Shown: in pieces, positions 8,762 to 18,657 of the stretch
Layout of the letters: the number at the start of each line of letters is the position of its first letter
How positions within the stretch are numbered: the stretch's first letter is position 1
DNA from: a bacterium
GTDB taxonomy: Bacteria > Patescibacteriota > JABMPQ01 > JAUVWW01
Length of the DNA stretch: 64,000 nucleotides
Assembly: GCA_030603885.1 (NCBI GenBank)
Contig: JAUVWW010000001.1
Span: 2,680 to 66,679, forward strand
Direction of reading: 5' to 3'
Translations under genes and position numbers: made by a program
Notes under the pieces: model-generated
What the model was told of the DNA's origin: nothing
What the model saw: the letters and a program-made list of their open reading frames with translations, nothing else
The model's database searches: none

Positions 8762-9448
8762 ATGAATACTCGAAAAAAGGCTATTTTAAAGGCAATAATT
8801 AAAGAGTATGTGGATACTGCTGAGCCAGTAGGGTCTTCTATTCTGGTTAAAAAGTATAATTTTGGTATATCTCCAGCTACTATAAGAAATGAGATGGCAG
8901 AATTAGAAAAAAGAGGATATCTAGGCCATCTTTATACATCCTCAGGAAGGGTACCTACAGATAAAGGCTATAGATATTTTGTGGATGAATTAATAGAGAA
9001 AGAGGTTTTAGGTTTAAGAGAAAAGACAAGAATAGAAAGACTTCTAAATCTCAAGGTCGATCAGCTAGTTAGACAAACCACCAAAGTTTTAGCCTCCTTA
9101 GCTCATAATTTAGCCATCCTCGATTTAGAAGACGAATTTTGGGAAGTAGGCTTTGAAGAACTTTTTGCTCAGCCGGAGTTCGAAGATATAGGAGAAATCA
9201 AATGTATTTCCAAAATTTTAGACAACCTAGAGGATGATTTTGAAAAACTATTTCAAGAGACAAAAGGAGAACTGAATATTTATATAGGAGAAGAAAACCC
9301 CTTAAGAGGAATGGAAAATTGTAGTATAATAATAACCAAGTTGAGAAAAGGAAAGTTAGGAATTTTAGGTCCCAAAAGAATGAGATACGCTCGGAATAAG
9401 TCATTGCTAGATTTTACCAGTAAGTTGTTGGATAAAGTAATTAAGTAA
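8762..9448 (+). CDS. hrcA: Heat-inducible transcription repressor HrcA (short form, 228 aa)
   Basis: N-terminal winged helix ILKAIIKEYVDTAEPVGSSILVKKYNFGISPATIRNEMAELEKRGYL is typical of HrcA. CIRCE upstream, grpE/dnaK downstream. Confidence 0.85.
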   Translation: MNTRKKAILKAIIKEYVDTAEPVGSSILVKKYNFGISPATIRNEMAELEKRGYLGHLYTSSGRVPTDKGYRYFVDELIEKEVLGLREKTRIERLLNLKVDQLVRQTTKVLASLAHNLAILDLEDEFWEVGFEELFAQPEFEDIGEIKCISKILDNLEDDFEKLFQETKGELNIYIGEENPLRGMENCSIIITKLRKGKLGILGPKRMRYARNKSLLDFTSKLLDKVIK

Positions 9449-9450
9449 TT

Positions 9451-9927
9451 ATGATAAGGAAGACCAAAGAAATTGACAAACTCCAAAAACAGCTTAAACA
9501 AGCCAAAAAACAAGCTCAAAAACATCTAGAGGGCTGGAAGCGAGCTCAAGCAGATTTTATAAATTATAAAAAACAACAAGAGAAAAGACTAAGAGAGCTT
9601 ATAGAATATGCTAATGAAGGTTTGATTTTAGAGATTTTACCTATTGTGGAAGGATTTGAGCGAGCTATTCAAGAAGCCCCGGAGCAAGAAGATTCAGTTT
9701 GGCTTGAAGGGGTGAAGAAAATTAAACAAAGCCTGGATGGACTTCTTAGAGAAAAAGGCCTGGAGAGAATAGAGACTAAAGGTATATTCAATCACGAACT
9801 ACACGAAGCAGTAGAACGCGAAGCAATAAAGAAGCTTAAGCCAGGAACAATTATTAAAGAATTAGCTCCAGGATATAAACTGGGTAGAAGAGTGATTCGG
9901 CCGGCCAAGGTGAAGGTAGCTAAATAA
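9451..9927 (+). CDS. grpE: Nucleotide exchange factor GrpE
   Basis: Coiled-coil N-terminus plus C-terminal GrpE beta domain. Position between hrcA and dnaK. Confidence 0.9.
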   Translation: MIRKTKEIDKLQKQLKQAKKQAQKHLEGWKRAQADFINYKKQQEKRLRELIEYANEGLILEILPIVEGFERAIQEAPEQEDSVWLEGVKKIKQSLDGLLREKGLERIETKGIFNHELHEAVEREAIKKLKPGTIIKELAPGYKLGRRVIRPAKVKVAK

Positions 9928-10017
9928 GGAAGGTTTCGGCATACCACTCGGCCTTAAATATACGAGATAAATAGTCTTAAGACTTAGGTCGGCAAAACAA
10001 TTTAACAATATAACAAT

Positions 10018-11889
10018 ATGCCAAAAATATTAGGAATTGATCTTGGAACATCAAATTCTGCTTGTTCTGTTATGGAGGCAGGAAAGCCGGTTATCATTCC
10101 TTCTGCAGAAGGAACTACTGTGGGAGGAAAGGCTTTTCCATCTTATGTAGCCTTCACTAAAGAAGGTGAACTTTTAGTTGGAGAACCTGCCAGAAGGCAA
10201 GCTGTCACTAATCCTGAAGGGACTGTCACTGCTTTTAAAAGAAAAATGGGAACTGACTGGAAGGTAACTCTTCATAGCAAAGAATATACCCCTCAACAGC
10301 TTTCTGCTTTTGTATTACAGAAGATTAAAAAAGACGCTGAGGCTTATCTTGGAGAAAGAATAGAGCAAGTAGTCATCACTTGTCCGGCTTACTTTAATGA
10401 TGCTCAAAGACAGGCAACAAAAGATGCTGGCGCTATTGCTGGTCTAAAAGTAGCCCGAATTATTAATGAGCCAACGGCAGCTGCTTTTGCTTATGGAATA
10501 GATAAAGAAGAAAAAGCTCAGAAGATTTTGGTTTTTGATTTTGGAGCAGGAACTTTGGATGTAACCATAATGGATTTTGGGACCGAGAAAGGCCAAGCTA
10601 CTTTTGAGGTTATTTCAACTTCAGGAGATACTGAGCTTGGTGGAAATGATATGGATGAAGCTTTAATTAATTATATCGCTGAAGAATTCAAAAAAGAGTA
10701 TAGAATTGATCTAAGGAAAGATAAAATGGCCCTACAAAGGCTAAAAGAGGCCGCAGAAAAAGCAAAGATCGAGCTTTCCTCAGGTCTTGAGACAGAGATT
10801 AATCAACCCTTTATTACCGCAGACAAGACCGGTCCAAAGCATCTGACCATGAAGATAACCCGGGCTAAGCTTGAGGAGTTAGTTAAACCCATTATTGAGA
10901 AATGTAGAGGACCTTTAGAGAAGGCTATCGAGGATGCTAAACTTTCACCACAGAACATTGATAAGATTATCTTAGTTGGTGGTCCAACTAGGATGCCCTC
11001 GGTTCAAAAATTCATAGAAGATTATCTGGGTAAAAAAGTAGAGCGTGGTGTTGATCCTATGGAATGTGTTGCTTCAGGCGCTGCTATTCAAGGAGCCATC
11101 CTTGGTGGTGAGATAAAGAAAGAGATTTTACTTTTAGATGTGACTCCTTTAACTTTAGGAGTAGAAACTCTTGGCCAAGTAATGACTTCTTTGATTTCTC
11201 GTAACACTACTATTCCTACTTCAAAAACTCAGATTTTCTCTACAGCAGCTGATAATCAGCCTCAGGTAGAGATTCATGTGTTGCAAGGTGAACGTCCTAT
11301 GGCTCCTGATAATAGGACGCTAGGTAGATTTGTTCTGGATGGCCTCCCTCCAGCACCTCGTGGAGTTCCTCAAATTGAAGTAACTTTTGATATTGATGCC
11401 AATGGAATTTTAAAGGTGACTGCCAAAGATAAAGCTACAAATAAATCTCAACACATTACCATTAAAGATTCTTCTGCTTTACCCAAAGAAGAGATTGAAA
11501 AGATGAAAAAAGAGGCAGAGCAGTATGCTGAAGCTGATAGAAAGAAGAAAGATCTGATTGATGAAAGAAACAAAACAGATGCCTTGATTTATACTACAGA
11601 GAAGACTCTGAAAGAGGCTAAAGATAAAGTAAAGCCCGAGGACAAGAAAGACATTGAGGCAAAAGTAGAAGCCTTGAGGAAAGTAAAAGATAAAGATGAT
11701 CTTGAGGCTATCAAAAAAGCAATGTCTGAGCTTTCTGATTCTATTCAGAAAGTGGGAGCAGCTATGTATGGGAGACCAGGACCACAACCAGGTGTTCAGC
11801 CAGGACAACCAGGTCCTCAACCTCCTAAAGGCACAGTAGAAGGCCAAGCAGAGGAGGTAAAGGATGAGGAAAAGAAAGAAGACAAATAA
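10018..11889 (+). CDS. dnaK: Chaperone DnaK (Hsp70)
   Basis: [12 protein letters not shown]..., DLGGGTFD-equivalent ([10 protein letters not shown]), full Hsp70 architecture. Confidence 0.97.
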   Translation: MPKILGIDLGTSNSACSVMEAGKPVIIPSAEGTTVGGKAFPSYVAFTKEGELLVGEPARRQAVTNPEGTVTAFKRKMGTDWKVTLHSKEYTPQQLSAFVLQKIKKDAEAYLGERIEQVVITCPAYFNDAQRQATKDAGAIAGLKVARIINEPTAAAFAYGIDKEEKAQKILVFDFGAGTLDVTIMDFGTEKGQATFEVISTSGDTELGGNDMDEALINYIAEEFKKEYRIDLRKDKMALQRLKEAAEKAKIELSSGLETEINQPFITADKTGPKHLTMKITRAKLEELVKPIIEKCRGPLEKAIEDAKLSPQNIDKIILVGGPTRMPSVQKFIEDYLGKKVERGVDPMECVASGAAIQGAILGGEIKKEILLLDVTPLTLGVETLGQVMTSLISRNTTIPTSKTQIFSTAADNQPQVEIHVLQGERPMAPDNRTLGRFVLDGLPPAPRGVPQIEVTFDIDANGILKVTAKDKATNKSQHITIKDSSALPKEEIEKMKKEAEQYAEADRKKKDLIDERNKTDALIYTTEKTLKEAKDKVKPEDKKDIEAKVEALRKVKDKDDLEAIKKAMSELSDSIQKVGAAMYGRPGPQPGVQPGQPGPQPPKGTVEGQAEEVKDEEKKEDK

Positions 11890-11967
11890 TAATTAAACAT
11901 ACTAATATTCAAACATGCTAACATACTAACAAATGTTAGAATGTTGAATTGTTAGAATGAAAAATCT

Positions 11968-13014
11968 ATGTCTCCAAAAACCATCAAATCCATCATCTTT
12001 GGCGTCTTGACTTTGGGCGCTTGTTTGCTCTTTTGGTACTTTCTCCATGCTCTTTTTTATGCCGAATCTTCTATCCTTAATAATCTAATCTGGACGCTTC
12101 TGTTCTTTTTTATCTTTGTTGTGTTATCTGGTTTAACTTGTTTTTTAATAGATTCGAAAGCTATTGCCTTTCCACTTCTTACACTTTGTACTTTGTCTTT
12201 TTTCCTATTCTTTGGTTTCAAGATAGGCTATCTTATTGGTATTATTCTTTTCCTCATTGCTCTCTTTGCTGGTTATCTTAGTATTAATAGTGAAAAGAGA
12301 GTAAGAATACGTGTTTCTTTAAGGAAAAGTCTTGGCTATGGTCTTCCTCTTGTTTTGACCTTCTCTATCATCATGATCTGTATAGCCTATTATTTTGCTC
12401 CAGCCATTCAGGCTCAGGCAAGAGAAATAACTATTCCTAAACAGATGTTTGATGCTGCTGTGGCTCCGGCAGAAGGTGTGATCTCTGGTCTTGTTCCTGG
12501 ATTTAAAAAAAGTATGACAGTGGACGAGTTTACCTTTTTAATGACACTCTCTACTTTAGAGAAACAGGAAGAATTTGAACTTCCTCCTGAAGCTATAGAA
12601 TTCTTAAAAGAAGAAGGTGTAGATATAGCCTCTAAACAAGAAGTGTTTGAAGCCATCAGAGAAAATCCAAAAGTGAAAGAGAAATTTATGGAAATATTCA
12701 AAGAACAAGAAGGAAAAGAAGAAGGTGGTCAGGGATTGTTTGAGGGATTGGGGATAGAAGTTAAAGGAGACGAGCCATTCTTAGATGCCATATACAAAGC
12801 AGCTAATCAAAAACTAAACGAAGTTCTAGGCCCTTATAGAAAATATATTCCTCTAGCCGCTAGCGTTAGTCTATTTTTTATCTTAAGAATTCTAATGATT
12901 CCTTTTGATTGGTTGGTGATGTCATTTGCTTGGCTATTGTTTGCTTTATTGAAAGCAGTTAAAGTAGTGAGGATTGAGAAAGTGCAGAAGGAAGTGGAAA
13001 CCATTGCCATGTAA
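11968..13014 (+). CDS. Multi-pass membrane protein, hypothetical, inserted between dnaK and dnaJ
   Basis: 348 aa. 4-5 N-terminal TM helices, an acidic coiled region and a C-terminal TM. No recognisable family. Confidence 0.5.
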   Translation: MSPKTIKSIIFGVLTLGACLLFWYFLHALFYAESSILNNLIWTLLFFFIFVVLSGLTCFLIDSKAIAFPLLTLCTLSFFLFFGFKIGYLIGIILFLIALFAGYLSINSEKRVRIRVSLRKSLGYGLPLVLTFSIIMICIAYYFAPAIQAQAREITIPKQMFDAAVAPAEGVISGLVPGFKKSMTVDEFTFLMTLSTLEKQEEFELPPEAIEFLKEEGVDIASKQEVFEAIRENPKVKEKFMEIFKEQEGKEEGGQGLFEGLGIEVKGDEPFLDAIYKAANQKLNEVLGPYRKYIPLAASVSLFFILRILMIPFDWLVMSFAWLLFALLKAVKVVRIEKVQKEVETIAM

Positions 13015-13082
13015 AATAGTCCTTGTGATAAGCTTAGAGTAAATATAAAAATAAAATAATTTGATCAATATTTTTATTTTAT

Positions 13083-14261
13083 ATGAAAGATTACTACCAA
13101 ATTCTTGGTCTCTCTCGTGATACCTCAGATGCTGAAATCAAAAGAGCCTTTAGAAAGCTAGCTCACAAATATCATCCAGACACCAAAGGTGGAGGAGATG
13201 AAGCCAAGTTTAAAGAAGTAAATGAGGCCTATCAGGTTCTTTCTGATTCAGAAAAAAAAGCCAAGTATGATCAGTTTGGAACTACTTTTGAGCAAGGTGG
13301 ATATCAACCCTGGGGCTGGGAGGATTTTTCTCAAGCTTACGGATCAAGACAAGCCAGAGTTGATTTTTCAGACTTTCTCAGAGGATTTTCCGCCCAAGGC
13401 GGACCAGCCGCAGGCTGGGGGGGATTTGAGGATATTTTTTCTGAGATATTTGGTACAAGGCCACGCAGGGCTAGATATGGTCCTACACCCGGTGAGGACA
13501 TTAACATAAATATTGATATTCCTTTTGAGGAGGCTGTTTTTGGTACCAAAAGAGAAATAGAGTTTTATAAAAGAGTAAGATGTCCAAAGTGTAATGGAAA
13601 AGGGTATGAGTCTGGCACAAAAATTATTAACTGTTCTACCTGTGGAGGATCTGGGCAGATAACTTCTACTAAACAATCTATGCTTGGCTCATTTACTCAG
13701 ATTACTGTTTGTCCTAGTTGTAAAGGAGAAGGAAAAAGGTCAGAGAAGCCATGTCCTCAGTGCGGAGGAGATGGGAGAGTGAAAGAATACAAAAAAGTCA
13801 GGATAACCATTCCAGCTGGTATAGATTCAGGACAAACTATTAGGATCTTGGGTCAGGGAGAAGCAGGCCTAAAAGGAGGCCCCTTTGGTGATTTGTATAT
13901 CCAAGTTAGAGTTGGCCCTCATAAGTACTTTAAGCGAGAAGGATATAATCTGAAAGTTAACCTACCCATCAGCTTTACCCAGGCAGCTTTAGGCGATAAG
14001 GTAGAAATTGAGACTTTGGATGGAAAAAGAGTACAGCTTGACCTTCTTCCCGGAACACAGTCGGGGAAAGTATTTAAAATAAAAGGCAAAGGAGTTCCTC
14101 ACCTACAAGGATCTGGCAAGGGGGATTTGCTAGTCAAAATAAAAGTAGTTACTCCTGAAAGGCTTTTGAGAGGAGAAAGGCAGCTCTTTCAGGAATTATC
14201 TGAAATAAAAGGTCAATCTGCCCAGATTAGAAAAGGGTTATTAGGGAAGATTCTTAGATGA
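13083..14261 (+). CDS. dnaJ: Chaperone DnaJ (Hsp40) with Cys-rich zinc-finger domain
   Basis: J-domain DYYQILGLSRDTSDAEIKRAFRKLAHKYHPD. Four CxxCxGxG repeats (CPKCNGKG, CSTCGGSG, CPSCKGEG, CPQCGGDG). Confidence 0.95.
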   Translation: MKDYYQILGLSRDTSDAEIKRAFRKLAHKYHPDTKGGGDEAKFKEVNEAYQVLSDSEKKAKYDQFGTTFEQGGYQPWGWEDFSQAYGSRQARVDFSDFLRGFSAQGGPAAGWGGFEDIFSEIFGTRPRRARYGPTPGEDININIDIPFEEAVFGTKREIEFYKRVRCPKCNGKGYESGTKIINCSTCGGSGQITSTKQSMLGSFTQITVCPSCKGEGKRSEKPCPQCGGDGRVKEYKKVRITIPAGIDSGQTIRILGQGEAGLKGGPFGDLYIQVRVGPHKYFKREGYNLKVNLPISFTQAALGDKVEIETLDGKRVQLDLLPGTQSGKVFKIKGKGVPHLQGSGKGDLLVKIKVVTPERLLRGERQLFQELSEIKGQSAQIRKGLLGKILR

Positions 14262-14427
14262 AAATAGACTTATCCACACCTTGCCTTGAATTTGATTAAT
14301 AAATTTGCTATTATGAGTGTAGCGAATAACAAGGTTCTGAGGAGCGAAGCGACGAATGGTTCTTATAATATAAAAGACAAAAGCACATAATATATTCGCG
14401 AAAAACTCGCGAAATAAAACAAAATTT

Positions 14428-14955
14428 ATGGAAACACCACTATTAAGCCAAGTTAGTTGGTCAGTTCCCACTTGGGATCTTTTCATTCTTATTTTCTTTG
14501 TTGTCTTTGTGGTTTTATTTGGCTTGACTTTGGGAAGATCTAGGATTTTGACTGCATTACTTTCTACTTATATTGGCTGGGCAGTAGTCTCTAATTTACC
14601 TTATCTTACTGAGGAAACATCCCAGAAATTTAATCTAGGACCAGTTTTTGTGCTAAAACTAGTAGTATTTGGAGCAGTCCTTGTGATTTCATTTTTCTTT
14701 CTTATAAGAGCTGGGATTTTGCCGGAAGGAGGAGAAGGAGTAAGTCATCTTCCTCATATATTTCTCTTCAGTGTTTTTCAGGCAGGACTTTTGATTAGCA
14801 TAGTTCTTTCTTTTTTACCTCCTTCTACAGCAAATTCTTTAGCCGGTATCACTCGAACTTTCTTTGTCTCTGACATAGCTAGATTTCTTTGGATTCTAGC
14901 TCCAATAGTGGGTATGTTTTTGGTAAAAAAAGAAAGCGAATCAAATAAAAGGTAA
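14428..14955 (+). CDS. Membrane protein, hypothetical
   Basis: 175 aa with several TM helices. Promoter-like TTGAAT-N17-TATTAT upstream at about 14288-14316. Confidence 0.45.
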   Translation: METPLLSQVSWSVPTWDLFILIFFVVFVVLFGLTLGRSRILTALLSTYIGWAVVSNLPYLTEETSQKFNLGPVFVLKLVVFGAVLVISFFFLIRAGILPEGGEGVSHLPHIFLFSVFQAGLLISIVLSFLPPSTANSLAGITRTFFVSDIARFLWILAPIVGMFLVKKESESNKR

Positions 14956-14998
14956 GATTGTGGGATAGTTTTCGCTGGCTAACCATAAACTATAGACT

Positions 14999-15028
14999 AA
15001 AATATGGCTGAAAAAAGCCATATTTTTT
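14999..15028. terminator. A/T-flanked hairpin, candidate bidirectional Rho-independent terminator
   Basis: aaaatatggc-tgaaaaaa-gccatatttt gives a 10-bp perfect stem with T-run on + and A-run (T-run on -). Sits between the + strand ORF and the 3' end of the - strand tRNA. Confidence 0.5.
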
Positions 15029-15037
15029 AATAAAAAA

Positions 15038-15108
15038 TGGGTCCATAGGGAATCGAACCCTAGTAGCTAGCTTAAAAGGCTAGTGTTCTACCATTGAACT
15101 ATAGACCC
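15038..15108 (-). tRNA. tRNA-Lys (anticodon UUU)
   Basis: Reverse complement GGGTCTATAGTTCAATGGTAGAACACTAGCCTTTTAAGCTAGCTACTAGGGTTCGATTCCCTATGGACCCA folds as a cloverleaf: 7-bp acceptor, D-arm GTTC/GAAC, anticodon stem CTAGC/GCTAG with loop CTTTTAA, and T-arm TAGGG-TTCGATT-CCCTA. No encoded CCA. Confidence 0.85.
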
Positions 15109-15194
15109 AAATAATCTTTATTCTTTATCTATAATATAATATTTTTTAAAAATAAACAAGGACAGTCCTTTAAATTTGTGATAAAATAAAATAT

Positions 15195-15494
15195 ATGCGT
15201 ATATACTTTAAAAAAAGATTTAAACAGATTCCGAGGGTACTACTTAGAGAGTGCGGCTATAAACCTTGGCGCGATCAAAAGGGTAGAGAGACTTATATTA
15301 AGAGATTGACCAAAGATTTCTATCCTAGATTTCATATTATCTATGCTAAAGATAACCAAGGCAGACCTATTTTAGATTTACATTTAGATTATAAAAGGCC
15401 AATTCATGCTCGAGTAGCTAGAACATATGAAACCGAGAGTGAAGTAGTGAAAAGGGAAGCAGAAAGAATAAAACAGATTTTGGGAATGTATTAG
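15195..15494 (+). CDS. Hypothetical basic protein (99 aa)
   Basis: ORF with upstream AT-rich promoter region. No family recognised. Confidence 0.4.
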   Translation: MRIYFKKRFKQIPRVLLRECGYKPWRDQKGRETYIKRLTKDFYPRFHIIYAKDNQGRPILDLHLDYKRPIHARVARTYETESEVVKREAERIKQILGMY

Positions 15495-15560
15495 GAAAAG
15501 TCTTGTGAAAAAAGCAAAAATAGGCTATAGTAGAGGAGTAATATTCACATTTTAATTCAC

Positions 15561-17357
15561 ATGACTCATCTCTATCGAACTCACACCTGTGGTGAGCTAA
15601 CTACAAAACAAACAGGGAAAAGAGTAAAACTTTCTGGCTGGGTACATTCAAGAAGAGATCATGGCGGGCTTATTTTTTTAGATTTGAGAGATAGATACGG
15701 AATTACCCAGGTTACTTTTAATCCCAAAATTTCAAAAGAAGCCTGGAAAACAGCCGATCAAGTACGCTCTGAATATGTAGTAACTGTTGAAGGTAAAGTT
15801 ACAAGACGTCCTAAGGATATGATTAATCCTAAGCTAGCTACTGGGGAAATAGAAGTGATGGCAGATAGAATAGAAATATTAAGTAAAGCAAAAACTCCTC
15901 CCTTTGAGATTACCTGTCCTTCTAAAGGAGATAAAGAAAAAGAAATTTCTGAAGATGTCCGGCTAAAGTGGAGATATTTGGATCTACGCCAGGAGCGGAT
16001 AAAAGACAATATCCTCTTGAGAGATAAGATAATAAAGTTCATTCGAGATTTCTTGACTCAACGAGATTTTGTTGAGATTGAGACTCCTATTTTAGGAAAA
16101 TCTACTCCTGAAGGAGCTAGAGATTACTTAGTACCATCAAGACTATATTGGGGTAAATTTTATTCCTTGCCCCAGTCTCCTCAACAGTATAAGCAGCTTC
16201 TTATGGTAGCTGGATTTGATAAATATTTTCAGATTGCAAGATGTTTTAGGGATGAAGATACTCGTGCTGATCGTCAGCCAGAGTTTACCCAGCTTGATTT
16301 AGAGATGTCTTTTGTCACTCAAAAAGAAATTTTAGATTTGTGTGAGGAATTGTTTACTCAAGCAATAGAGAAACTGACTGATAAAAAAATATTAAAAAAG
16401 CCATGGCCCAGATTGAAGTATAAAGAATGTATAGAAAAGTATGGAATAGATAAGCCAGACTTAAGGTTTGGCATGGAACTGGTTGATGTCACAGAAATTG
16501 TAAAAGGTTCGAAATTTAAGGTTTTTCAAGACGCTATCAAAAATAAAGGAGTAATAAAAGGCTTAGTAGCTCCAGGTTGTGCTGAGTATAGTCGTAAACA
16601 ATTAGATGAACTGGTAGAGTATACCAAGCAGTCTGGAGCTAAAGGATTAGCCTGGTTAGCCTTGAAGCATAAAAAAGTCGAATCTCCTATAGCAAAATTC
16701 TTTTCTGAGCACGAGATTAATGAGCTGGTTTCAGAAACGAGAGCAAAAGAGGGAGACTTATTACTCTTTGTAGCAGATAAACCAAAAATAGTCGCCCAGG
16801 CTCTAGGCGAGTTAAGGTCTTATTTAGGAGACAAGCTCAAACTTAAAGATCCTAATGTACTTGCCTGCTGTTTCATAATAGAATGGCCCTTATTTGAATG
16901 GAACGAAGAAGAAAAACGCTTAGATCCTTGCCATCACATCTTTACTGCTCCTAAAGAAGAAGATGTTCCTTTGTTAGATAAAGAGCCTTTGAAAGTTGGC
17001 TCTTGGCAACATGATTTGGTAATTAATGGCTGGGAGATTGGTGGTGGAAGCATCAGAATTCACGAAAGAAAACTACAAGAGAAGATTTTTGAACTTTTAG
17101 AATATTCTAAAAAAGAGATAGAAGCCAGATTTGGACATCTGCTTCGAGCTTTTGAACATGGCGCTCCACCTCATGGAGGCATTGCTCCAGGGATTGATCG
17201 GTTTTTAATGGTCTTACAAGGTGAGTTAAACATCAGAGAAGTAATAGCTTTTCCCAAAAACCAAGCAGCCCAGGATCTAATGATGGGTGCTCCGGCTGAA
17301 GTAGAGGAGAAACAGCTTAAGGAATTGGGAATAGAAGTAAAGGAGAAGGGAAAATAA
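15561..17357 (+). CDS. aspS: Aspartate--tRNA ligase (bacterial type)
   Basis: N-terminal OB fold (RTHTCGELT...GWVHSRRDHGGLIFLDLRDRYG), class II core with FRDE and GGGSIRIH, GAD insertion. 598 aa. Confidence 0.95.
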   Translation: MTHLYRTHTCGELTTKQTGKRVKLSGWVHSRRDHGGLIFLDLRDRYGITQVTFNPKISKEAWKTADQVRSEYVVTVEGKVTRRPKDMINPKLATGEIEVMADRIEILSKAKTPPFEITCPSKGDKEKEISEDVRLKWRYLDLRQERIKDNILLRDKIIKFIRDFLTQRDFVEIETPILGKSTPEGARDYLVPSRLYWGKFYSLPQSPQQYKQLLMVAGFDKYFQIARCFRDEDTRADRQPEFTQLDLEMSFVTQKEILDLCEELFTQAIEKLTDKKILKKPWPRLKYKECIEKYGIDKPDLRFGMELVDVTEIVKGSKFKVFQDAIKNKGVIKGLVAPGCAEYSRKQLDELVEYTKQSGAKGLAWLALKHKKVESPIAKFFSEHEINELVSETRAKEGDLLLFVADKPKIVAQALGELRSYLGDKLKLKDPNVLACCFIIEWPLFEWNEEEKRLDPCHHIFTAPKEEDVPLLDKEPLKVGSWQHDLVINGWEIGGGSIRIHERKLQEKIFELLEYSKKEIEARFGHLLRAFEHGAPPHGGIAPGIDRFLMVLQGELNIREVIAFPKNQAAQDLMMGAPAEVEEKQLKELGIEVKEKGK

Positions 17358-17375
17358 ATTTTAATTACCTAACAA

Positions 17376-18098
17376 ATGGCTGAGGTTTATCAAGTAAAAC
17401 TTGAAAAATTTGAAGGTCCTTTGGACTTGCTTTTGCAATTGATCGAAAAAGAAAAGTTAGACATTACAGAGGTGTCTTTAACTAAAGTTTGTGATCAGTA
17501 TGTGAAATATTTAAAGCAAGTACAGGAGATTGATCCAGGAAGTTTAGCTGATTTTTTAGTCATAGCAGCAAGACTACTTTTGATTAAGTCTCGGGCTCTA
17601 CTTCCTGAGATAGAGATTTCAGATGAAGAAGAACTGTCTATAGAAGAGCTGCAGGAAAGACTAAGGGAATACAAGAGATTTAAGGATGTGGCTAAAAAAT
17701 TAAAAGTTTTGTATTTTAATCCCAATACTTCTTTTGAACAGAGATTCTTTTTAGAGGAAAAAAGAGCTTTCTTTCCTTCTGAGAACTTAACTTTAGAAAA
17801 TTTACTTACAGCCTACAAAGCTTTACTACAAATTCTAGAGCACCAAAAGCTAGCTACAGAATACATTCCAGAGACTATTTCTATCGAAGAAAAAATAGCT
17901 CAACTTGAGAACTTAATTTTAAAAAAAGTCAATCTGAGATTTCAAGAACTGATAAAACATTCTCAAACAAAACTGGAGGCTATTGTTACCTTTTTGGCTC
18001 TTTTGGAATTGGTTAAACAAAGAATAGTAAAAGTGAGGCAGAAGAAATTATTTGAGGATATTGTTTTAGAAAGAAACAAGATAGTTAATTATGACTAA
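17376..18098 (+). CDS. scpA: Segregation and condensation protein A
   Basis: LDLLLQLIEKEKLDITEVSL motif typical of ScpA. Followed by scpB. Confidence 0.85.
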   Translation: MAEVYQVKLEKFEGPLDLLLQLIEKEKLDITEVSLTKVCDQYVKYLKQVQEIDPGSLADFLVIAARLLLIKSRALLPEIEISDEEELSIEELQERLREYKRFKDVAKKLKVLYFNPNTSFEQRFFLEEKRAFFPSENLTLENLLTAYKALLQILEHQKLATEYIPETISIEEKIAQLENLILKKVNLRFQELIKHSQTKLEAIVTFLALLELVKQRIVKVRQKKLFEDIVLERNKIVNYD

Positions 18099-18657
18099 AG
18101 ATATAAAGTCCATTCTTGAAAGCCTTATTTTTGTAGTTGGAAAGCCAATTAGCATTAAAAGATTGGCTAAAATTGCTAGTATTAGAGAGTCTGAGGTTGC
18201 CAATGTTTTAGATGAGCTTAGACAAGATTATCAGGGTCGAGGAATTAAAATTTTGGCTCGAGGTAATGCTGTTCAGTTGATTAGTATCCCAGAAAATAGT
18301 CAGTACGTTAAGAAATTACTAACTGAGGAACTTCAGGAAAATCTAACTCGGGCAGCCCTGGAAACTCTGGCTATCATTGCCTACAGGGGTCCAGTAACTC
18401 GTTCTCAGATAGAGCAAATCAGAGGAGTAAATAGTGTCTATATTTTGAGAAATCTCTTGATGCGAGGCCTAATTGATCGCGAGAGAAGTAAGAGAGATGC
18501 CAGGTTTTGGGAATACCAGCCCTCCTTTGATTTTTTAAGACATCTAGGTATAAAAGATATAAAGGAATTACCTGATTTTGAAGAATTACACAAAGAGGAG
18601 ATGCCAATTGAAAAGGCAGAAAAATTAACAGAAGAAAAGAAAGAGGAGTCTAGATAA
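18091..18657 (+). CDS. scpB: Segregation and condensation protein B
   Basis: Tandem winged helices (ILESLIFVVGKPISIKRLAKI ... LETLAIIAYRGPVTRSQIEQIRGV). Confidence 0.85.
   Translation: MTKDIKSILESLIFVVGKPISIKRLAKIASIRESEVANVLDELRQDYQGRGIKILARGNAVQLISIPENSQYVKKLLTEELQENLTRAALETLAIIAYRGPVTRSQIEQIRGVNSVYILRNLLMRGLIDRERSKRDARFWEYQPSFDFLRHLGIKDIKELPDFEELHKEEMPIEKAEKLTEEKKEESR

Noticed and set aside
11479-11847. Minus-strand ORFs embedded in strong + strand genes. Examples: 11479-11847 in dnaK, 18438-18974 in scpB/pyrD, 28277-28741, 30667-31047, 31282-31614, 52100-52438, 56186-56524, 57382-57774, 58892-59212.
   Set aside because: Each lies entirely antisense to a well-supported conserved gene. 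They have low-complexity Ser/Leu/Phe-rich translations typical of antisense frames in AT-rich DNA and no RBS or promoter signals.
13222-13509. + strand alternative-frame ORFs inside dnaJ (13222-13509), murD (34428-34616), ftsW (36063-36272), guaB (53591-53773), purH (56535-56726), purC (60687-60896) and the guaA subunit (59022-59228).
   Set aside because: These are out-of-frame overlaps with conserved genes. No independent evidence supports them.
15195-15494. Considered whether the 99-aa ORF next to tRNA-Lys marks a mobile element, for example an integration at the tRNA 3' end.
   Set aside because: There is no integrase, no direct repeat of the tRNA 3' end, and the flanking genes are housekeeping (aspS). 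Left as hypothetical.
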